Positions 56,276-64,000 of a stretch of 64,000 nt of DNA are shown one piece after another. The DNA is taken from contig JAQGDQ010001006.1 of NCBI GenBank assembly GCA_030141605.1, forward strand, positions 1 through 64,000, written 5' to 3'. The stretch comes from Tubiluchus corallicola. Taxonomy: Eukaryota > Animalia > Priapulida. The position numbers were made by a program, and so were the translations under genes. The notes below the pieces were generated by a model. That model saw only the letters and a program-made list of their open reading frames with translations. It was not told the DNA's origin and made no database searches. Positions within the stretch are counted from its first letter, which is position 1. Each line of letters opens with the position of its first letter.

Positions 56276-57397
56276 ATATTATTTTATATTATAGATATAA
56301 AATTTACAAACGTCTATACGCACAATTTCATTCAAACGACATTATTTCAAATTCATTTCATTAATTCATGCAGTTCTTTGTCTTTTTCTTTGGTGAAAAT
56401 AACTTATTTTATCCAATCTATTTGCATTTCCAAGATACAGACGTTAGTGCCCGTCTAACTAGCGAATGGCAAAATTCATGAAACAGCGAAAAACTAGCAG
56501 CGTGAACACAAAATTACTTTTGTGTGGTAATAATTCTTTCACGTAAGTCATTCATTAAAAAAAGTATGTTCCCTGTCAGTATTTTAAACAGTAAATTGTT
56601 TTGAGTTATAGTTTCAGATCGGGTCTGATTTTCTTTTAATTATACATGTACATGTAGTTGTCATTGGAAAGCAAACTTAATAACACAATTTTTAATAGTA
56701 ATCAGGTACTTCATTGTACAATTACTGTGCTAATTCATATTTCTGTACAAGTTTTCTCATGTCACAATAAAGTTTATTGCAACAACAAAACACAGCATTT
56801 AACAAAGATGCCTGGTAATCTTGTAAAAAAGCATCTTGATCCGGTAGCTGGAGTTGCTCTATTGCAACATTACAGGAACTATGCAATTTTTCATTTGCCT
56901 GTTACGATGACGGTACTCTTGCATTCGAATAATAATAATTACATTTATGCATATTAAATACATAGAAAATTACTGTAAATATTTACATCATTTAATTAGT
57001 TATAATCACAACAAAACTGTACACGAAAATTTCATTACTAGAATTAGCAAACCACCTAAATGTAAAAGTAACTTCGTACAGGAGAATTTAGTTTAGTCTT
57101 GGAACAGCTGAAGTAGAAACGTACAGGTAAAGTGTTACCTGTTCCGAGCAAAGATGAACTGGAAGCTGATTCAACTTGTCCATCACCAGAAAGGAGATCT
57201 GATTAGGAAATTATAATTTTTCCTCTCTTTTTGATAAAACTGGGTGACAAAAAATATTTTTTACTCCAAGAAATGAAGAAATGTATAAACTCTCTACATC
57301 TATCGTCTAAATAATTTAATGCCGGTCAGAAAACAGTCACTCTCTCCTTCCCTCGCTCGCTCTTTCTCTCTTTGTAATTCATTCATCCCTCTTTTGG

Positions 57398-57433
57398 CTC
57401 TCCCTCTCCCCCTCCTCTCTCTCTGTCTCTCTC

Positions 57434-57503
<70 letters not shown>

Positions 57504-57527
57504 CCCTCCTCTCTCTCTGTCTCTCTC

Positions 57528-57599
<72 letters not shown>

Positions 57600-57613
57600 C
57601 CTCCCTCCCTCCC
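57398..57613. repeat. (CT)n microsatellite
   Basis: Directly visible. Confidence 0.95.
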
Positions 57614-58071
57614 GCTGATTCCAACTACTATATGTGACACTGCAACTCAAAAAAAAACAGTAAATAAAAAATTACATTTATATTACATCTCCTGACAATA
57701 ATGCCCACAAACTGCATTAAATTACACGTTTTTCTGAAACCGAATACTTTCGTAGAAAATGTGGCAATTAATAAACAGTACAAGCAAATATGGCTTCCAT
57801 TAACTCAATTCACCACTTAATATTTAGTAGAAAATCTTTCTCATCTATAAGAATTATCAGTTTATTGTAGGCGAAGGATAATATTGCACAAATCATGAGA
57901 TATTAATACAAGTCTACGTAACATAAGAATCTATTAAAGGTTTAAATATTTGCAAAAAGTTCAAGAAAAAATGAACTAGGACTGCAATGCATTGTCTTCC
58001 GGAAATTCAGGTCATAACTTTGGGACACCCTGTACACTACAAAGCTATACACATTAGAAAAAAGAAGAATT

Positions 58072-59008
<937 letters not shown>

Positions 59009-60221
59009 CTACAAGTGATATCAAATGTACTGCATCAACAAAGCAGATGGCAGCACTGTAGAAAAATCATTTAATTTCAACAGTTGCTGATTAATAATAT
59101 TAGTAAGTATAAACAATATTGTTATGGAGAATCTATAACTGATAGTCAGAGTCGGTGCTAGGCAATACGGAGCCCAATTAGAAAATTGCTAGTGGGGCCG
59201 CTTACCCTACAAATGCTAAAAATTAATGGCTTGTGCTTCGTGTAGTACGTCAGTCTCAGACAAAAATTATTGAGTGTTTGACACTCCGCCATTAGGGAGA
59301 ATGATGTACTAAAAATGGAAATGAGTTTTAATGATTTATTACAAGTCATGATGGTTACTGAGACATTATTTGTGCACAGGCCTTCTAAAAACAGACTTTT
59401 CTGGCTGTTCTATCCGAGAAATCTTTCAAAATCATTTCAAAGTGAAAGGTTTTTGTAATGCCATTTTCTATAGCTTAGTCAAATTATTTAGTCTGTCTTG
59501 TGAAACTGTTGACCATAAGTATGTTTTAATCTGTTTCGAGGGTTTGAAAGCCTTCCCCAAATTAGCAAAATTACAATTAAATGATTATCTAACTAATGCA
59601 TATAGAATTCGCCAATTATCTTTTTTTAAAAAACGAAAATGGTCATGACAACCTGAAATTACAAAACAAACAAAGAAACAATCAGTAAAAAACATTGAAA
59701 CATTCATATACGATGCTACTAGACTGAATGGTTTCACTGCGTTCATAATGTCAAGAAACTTCGTGCACGCTGGACACTTATTAATGCATCATAGTGTCCT
59801 TGACTCGAGCTCGTGTGAGGGGGCCCCCTCTTAGCTGTGCACGCTGGACACTTAATGCATTATAGTGTCCTCGGCTCGAACTCGTGCGAAGGGCCCCCTC
59901 TTAGCACGGGCCCAATTTGAAGAAATCTGTCTAATTGGATTTCTAATCTGTCTAACTGTCCCTGCCGATAGTTAAAACTGATATTGCCAAACTCTTGATA
60001 ATTACCGTAATCTTATTTAAAAATAAAGATTTGTAACAAAATATATAATTACAAACTGAATAGTTTAACTAAAGCAGTTGTTGATTTTTATCATTGCAGC
60101 CATACAGTCTTATTACTATTGCTGATAGTCTAAAATATCCTATTCCTGGCATTTAACATTATAATTATTATAGCACACTAAGCTTAATATGGTATCTGTT
60201 TATGTATAGCTGAATTTTTTA

Positions 60222-62167
60222 GAAAAATACAATATACGTACATGTTGAGGCTGTGTTTGAAATTGGTAAGGTAAAAATATAATATACGTACATGTTGAGG
60301 CTGTGTTTGAAATTGGTAAGGTAAAAATATAATATACGTACATGTTGAGGCTGTTTGAAATTGGTAAGGTAAAAATATAATATACGTACATGTTGAGGCT
60401 GTGTTTGAAATTGGTAAGGTAAAAATATAATATACGTACATGTTGAGGCTGTGTTTGAAATTGGTAAGGTAAAAATATAATATACGTACATGTTGAGGCT
60501 GTTTGAAATTGGTAAGGTAAAAATATAATATACGTACGTGTTGAGGCTGTGTTTGAAACTGGTAAGGTAAAAATATAATATACGTCATGTTGAGGCTGTG
60601 TTTGAAATTGGTAAGGTAAAAATATAATATACGTACATGTTGAGCTGTTTGAAATTGGTAAGGTAAAAATATAATATACGTACATGTTGAGGCTGTGTTT
60701 GAAATTGGTAAGGTAAAAATATAATATACGTACGTGTTGAGGCTGTGTTTGAAACTGGTAAGGTAAAAATATAATATACGTACACGTTGAGGCTGTGTTT
60801 GAAATTGGTAAGGTAAAAATATAATATACGTACATGTTGAGGCTGTGTTTGAAATTGGTAAGGTAAAAATATAATATACGTACATGTTGAGGCTGTGTTT
60901 GAAATTGGTAAGGTAAAAATATAATATACGTACATGTTGAGGCTGTGTTTGAAATTGGTAAGGTAAAAATATAATATACGTACGTGTTGAGGCTGTGTTT
61001 GAAATTGGTAAGGTAAAAATATAATATACGTACATGTTGAGGCTGTGTTTGATATTGGTAAGGTAAAAATATGATATACGTACGTGCTGAGGCTGTGTTT
61101 GAAACTGGTAAGGTAAAAATATGATATACGTCATGTTGAGGCTGTGTTTGATATTGGTAAGGTAAAAGTATAATATACGTACATGTTGAGGCTGTGTTTG
61201 AAATTGGTAAGGTAAAAATATAATATACGTACATGTTGAGGCTGTGTTTGAAATTAGTAAGGTAAAAATATAATATACGTACATGTTGAGGCTGTGTTTG
61301 AAACTGGTAAGGTAAAAATATAATATACGTCATGTTGAGGCTGTGTTTGAAATTAGTAAGGTAAAAATATAATATACGTACATGTTGAGGCTGTGTTTGA
61401 AACTGGTAAGGTAAAAATATAATATACGTACATGTTGAGGCTGTGTTTGATATTGGTAAGGTAAAAATATAATATACGTACATGTTGAGGCTGTGTTTGA
61501 TATTGGTAAGGTAAAAATATAATATACGTACATGTTGAGGCTGTGTTTGAAACTGGTAAGGTAAAAATATAATATACGTACACGTTGAGGCTGTGTTTGA
61601 AACTGGTAAGGTAAAAATATAATATACGTACACGTTGAGGCTGTGTTTGAAACTGGTAAGGTAAAAATATGATATACGTCATGTTGAGGCTGTGTTTGAT
61701 ATTGGTAAGGTAAAAGTATAATATACGTACGTGCTGAGGCTGTGTTTGAAATTAGTAAGGTAAAAATATAATATACGTACATGTTAAGGCTGTGTTTGAA
61801 ATTGGTAAGGTAAAAATATAATATACGTACATGTTGAGGCTGTGTTTGATATTGGTAAGGTAAAAATATAATATACGTACATGTTGAGGCTGTGTTTGAA
61901 ATTGGTAAGGTAAAAATATAATATACGCACATGTTGAGGCTGTGTTTGAAATCAGTAAGGTAAAAATATAATATACGTACACGTTGAGGCTGTGTTTGAA
62001 ATTGGTAAGGTAAAAATATAATATACGTACATGTTAAGGCTGTGTTTGAAATTAGTAAGGTAAAAATATAATATACGTACATGTTGAGGCTGTGTTTGAT
62101 ATTGGTAAGGTAAAAATATAATATACGTACATGTTGAGGCTGTGTTTGATATTGGTAAGGTAAAAAT
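60222..62167 (-). repeat. 50-bp minisatellite, ~39 copies, made of an exon end (PYQ[F/Y]QTQPQH) + gtacgt donor
   Basis: Minus-strand unit CCTTACCAATTTCAAACACAGCCTCAACAT|gtacgtatattatattttta. Confidence 0.95.
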
Positions 62168-63454
62168 GTTAAAGGCCAATTGCTATTATTTTCAAATCTT
62201 TTACCTGCTTCGGTATGCTGCCATAAACCATAATCCAGTATTAAATGACGTCTTCCTATGCAAAAAATGCTTTAATGAATTACGAAAGTCTGTCAAGAAG
62301 CCACCTGGTGGATAAATCTTAACTTTCTTAGAAATAATAGAACGTCCTAATGACACTAAAATAAATCAAGGGAACACAAGCTCACAGGATGTAACAAGTG
62401 ATAGAACCTTATAGAGAAGAGGGGTGTCGAAAGTAAAAACCTAGAAGTTTGGAGCTCCTTCTTTAACTAAAATCCGTCCCCTTAGACTTACTATCTCTCC
62501 CCGGAGAGCAAATTGCCCCCCATGTCAGAATTACTTCCCCATGTAGCAAACATGTACTCGAGGTGGATATAAACGACCCTCGTTATAAATGACTCTTTTT
62601 GTTTATTAACTTTAGGAACTAACGAAATTGCGAAAAGTATCCGTTGCGACATGGAGAAACGACTATCAGCTCTTGGAGAATGCCTCAAGGTATTGAAATG
62701 GCAGTCTGTTGGAATTATTGTTCTAAATCATACAGGTAATATATTGTTGGTTCATGAAGAAGTTGGTTCATCAATATAATCTGTAAGTAACAAAACAATA
62801 AGACAATTTCTTTGCTATCATGATTAATTGCTAATGAACTTTGATTAGATCTTATGGTAGTCAAATGCTATTACTTCTGTTGGCTGCATTTCAGATTAAA
62901 AGTTCATTCATTCCACAATGCTACAGTGGTTTGTGCAACATACCACTTTTTTATTATAGGTAATTGTAATTGTTTGGAGGATATAACAGATTATATTTTC
63001 CAACATGCCAAGGACATGTCTATAACATTGATAAACGACAACCATGAGGCAACATGGGAACTCTTTATGTCGAAGAAGGAAAAAATTAACACCTTTGTGG
63101 TCGTTGGAAACTCACTGAAGTCCTCCAGTCTTGTGGAATTGGTAAGTTTTTCTTTTCAAAGAACTTGTAGTTTTGTAAATTGCTTAAGTTGTCCAACGTT
63201 GCAGAATTTATAATATTATTAATGTATAATGTGTGTATTTATATAAAACGGTCTTTCAATATTTTTTCAAAGTTGCTGTAAAAATAAAAATACTTAGATA
63301 ACGTACTAAAAAGTTATAATGCAATTAGACCTATTTATAAATCATTAAAAATTTGCAAAACATTTCCACTGATGCATTAAAATAGTTCTTAAAATGATGA
63401 GTTTTTATTTCCCTGTTAAAAAAATTTAAGTGTAAGTTCTATTGGTAGCTTATT
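62162..63454 (+). pseudogene. Inverted near-identical duplicate of 52451-53743 carrying IR exons 2 (62616-62735) and 3 (62960-63141)
   Basis: Identical ORF translations in the track (53217/62491; 52692/62854); I saw only ~3 substitutions over ~1.3 kb. Confidence 0.93.
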
Positions 63455-64000
63455 GTGGTGTTTTTGCCTTGTTTAAAAACCCACCTATCCCTTGCTACAA
63501 TAAATAATGTCTTCGCTGGAAGCGGACATGTTTGTTTACAAAATCAACTTTGCAACCCGCCGATAGAGGGCGCGCAACAAGGAATCATGCCAATCGAGAG
63601 CTGTTGGGATGTTCGGTAAACCAATTAATTTACCGAAGATTATTTTTGGTAGAGCTTAACAAATTGTTACTATTTGTTAGCTGCAAAATAATTAGAAGAA
63701 AGCAGATGACAAAGTATACAGTAAAATAAGCAATTTAATAGCTTGTTAAGAAGATGCCAATGGAAATAAGTAGCAGTTGCTCAAAACCCTCATTACACAT
63801 GCAGTATGGTATCACTTGGCAACGCGCATGCGCAGAGCACTGCATTTGTGTATAAAAACAAGAGTTTTAGCCGTGATCAATGCCTTTTTGCCCTGCTGTG
63901 ACAAAAGCAGTAAAAACAAAAACCCTGCTGAGATAAAAGCAGTGAAAACCAAACCTGAAATAAAGGTGAGAAATTAAAACTCAAACTTCCAAGTTGAAGG
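63454..64000. mobile_element. Probable LTR or other insertion beginning TGTGGTG, truncated by the window edge
   Basis: Homology to IR copy 2 ends abruptly at a TGT start; internal tataaaa at ~63851; other end not visible. Confidence 0.4.

Noticed and set aside
60223-60265. Plus-strand micro-exon KNTIYVHVEAVFEI with gtaagg donor that could splice to the duplicated IR exon 2
   Set aside because: No upstream gene support on +, the unit's ATG is out of phase with exon 2, and the minus-strand STAM reading explains the unit better.
60184-62179. 366-477-aa repetitive ORFs
   Set aside because: Product of a stop-free strand of a 50-bp satellite cycling through all three frames.

Overview
AT-rich, intron-rich invertebrate (protostome, probably arthropod) nuclear DNA. 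It contains: (1) six exons of V-ATPase subunit H split between strands, with three middle exons on - (1144-5487) and the three terminal exons on + (7139-9730), separated by a 22-bp satellite; (2) a decayed 4.2-kb hAT transposon with 15-bp TIRs and a 6-bp TSD; (3) an FSIP2-like gene on + (18819-32393); (4) two tandem 13-exon divergent ionotropic receptor (IR/iGluR-like) genes on -, one intact and one with a 1-bp frameshift, plus a near-identical inverted third fragment; (5) the 3' end of a STAM-like gene on -; and (6) many MITEs, three solo-LTR-like elements, LINE/SINE relics and microsatellites. The most unusual pattern is that four large minisatellites in three unrelated genes are each built from an exon 3' end plus its 5' splice donor plus the first intron bases. 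Both apparent rearrangement breakpoints in the window lie at or near satellite arrays. All calls come from manual reading and translation; no database searches were run.
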